A DNA stretch of 64,000 nt from Octopus sinensis. Its lineage: Eukaryota. Made by a program: the position numbers and the translations under genes. Every line of letters begins with the position of its first letter. Position 1 is the first letter of the stretch. Shown here piece after piece: positions 63,232 to 64,000 of the stretch. The notes under the pieces were generated by a model. It saw only the letters and a program-made list of their open reading frames with translations, searched no databases and was not told the origin of the DNA. The stretch lies in contig NC_043026.1 of the NCBI RefSeq assembly GCF_006345805.1, positions 13,929,579-13,993,578 of the forward strand, in the 5' to 3' direction.

Positions 63232-63894
63232 TGCCACTGCTATGTTAAAAGCACCCAGCATGCTCTGTAAAGTGGCTGGCATTAGGGAGGCATCGAACCA
63301 TAGAAACCAAGCCAATTCATGATGGAACCTAGTGCAGCTCTCCAGCTTGGCAACTCTGGTCAAACTTTTTACAAGGAAAAAACATCCAATCTGAAGAAGC
63401 TCCAAAAACGGTCTCTTGTGATTTCATTACCTCTTGCTCTCCAGAATTCTTCACTGCCGGCATAAATAGACTACCAATAGAATAGCCAAATTGTGTTGAT
63501 AATTTGATTAACTGTATTTGAGACATAGTAAAATACTTTCAGTTCAAAATCGGACATGACGTTCTTAATGAGCAGATATTATAAATGTATATAAATGTTT
63601 TTATGAGTCAAACATTTTAGCGAGAAGCCGGCAACTCTGACAGATACAACAGCTCATAATTCATAAACACACACATACACAAAATACAAATAAACACACC
63701 CTTTGGAATTCTATACTTCAAAAAGAAATTTCTTTTTGAAGCAAATAAAACACTTTCTTTGATCCGTAGATGATCAATAAAATATGGGACAATTGATTAT
63801 AGATATGTCCTTTTATTTCTGTTCAATTGCACGCTAAAACATTCATCTTTGGAAATTTCCAGGTGTCAACAAAAATAACAACATTTACAAATAC

Positions 63895-64000
63895 ATCATC
63901 ATCATCATCATTATCATCGTCATCATCATCGTCATCATCGTTATCATCATCATCATCATCATCATTATCATCATCATCATCATCATCATCATCGTTATCA
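63895..64000. repeat. (CAT)n microsatellite, possibly an RTE tail
   Basis: Seen directly in the sequence. Confidence 0.9.

Larger units (their letters stand above)
57924..63576 (+). mobile_element. Degenerate mariner transposon(s) broken by nested insertions
   Basis: Transposase relics with KWVPHEL (about 58820), CDEKRIL (about 58930) and HPPYSPDLA (about 59705), and a C-terminus at 63363-63500. Imperfect TIRs at 57924-57954 and 63546-63576 are flanked by TA. Confidence 0.75.

Noticed and set aside
63780-63870. VDTWKFP on the minus strand as a possible carboxypeptidase propeptide exon
   Set aside because: There is no acceptor in front and a stop follows within 15 codons.

Overview
Repeat-saturated, AT-rich animal genomic DNA whose SINE, RTE and MITE content and (TA)n/(CA)n density fit an octopus (coleoid cephalopod) genome; the taxon is an inference. 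None of the listed ORFs is a complete gene. Two intron-rich genes were assembled by hand on the minus strand. The first is the 5' three coding exons of TRIM37 (6241->113; the RING domain; the gene continues left of the window). The second is eight consecutive exons of an M14A zinc carboxypeptidase (56947->28359) with all catalytic residues intact; its signal peptide and most of its propeptide were not found and probably lie to the right. The rest is retroposons (three tRNA-type SINE families, RTE and CR1-like LINE ends), DNA elements (hAT, Mutator-like and piggyBac-like MITEs, non-autonomous Helitrons, mariner relics), a decayed 28S rRNA fragment and several tandem arrays. The strongest unexplained signal is a 362-bp tandem repeat at about 61.0-62.2 kb. 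Each complete unit carries a minimal type I hammerhead ribozyme with a compensatory U3-A8 core, a retrozyme-like circular-RNA system on the same strand as the carboxypeptidase gene. Other highlights are a 7.7-kb satellite of about 120 copies of a 62/63-bp unit grown from an RTE 3' UTR inside a carboxypeptidase intron, and a direct repeat of about 48 bp bracketing a head-to-head pair of RTE ends.
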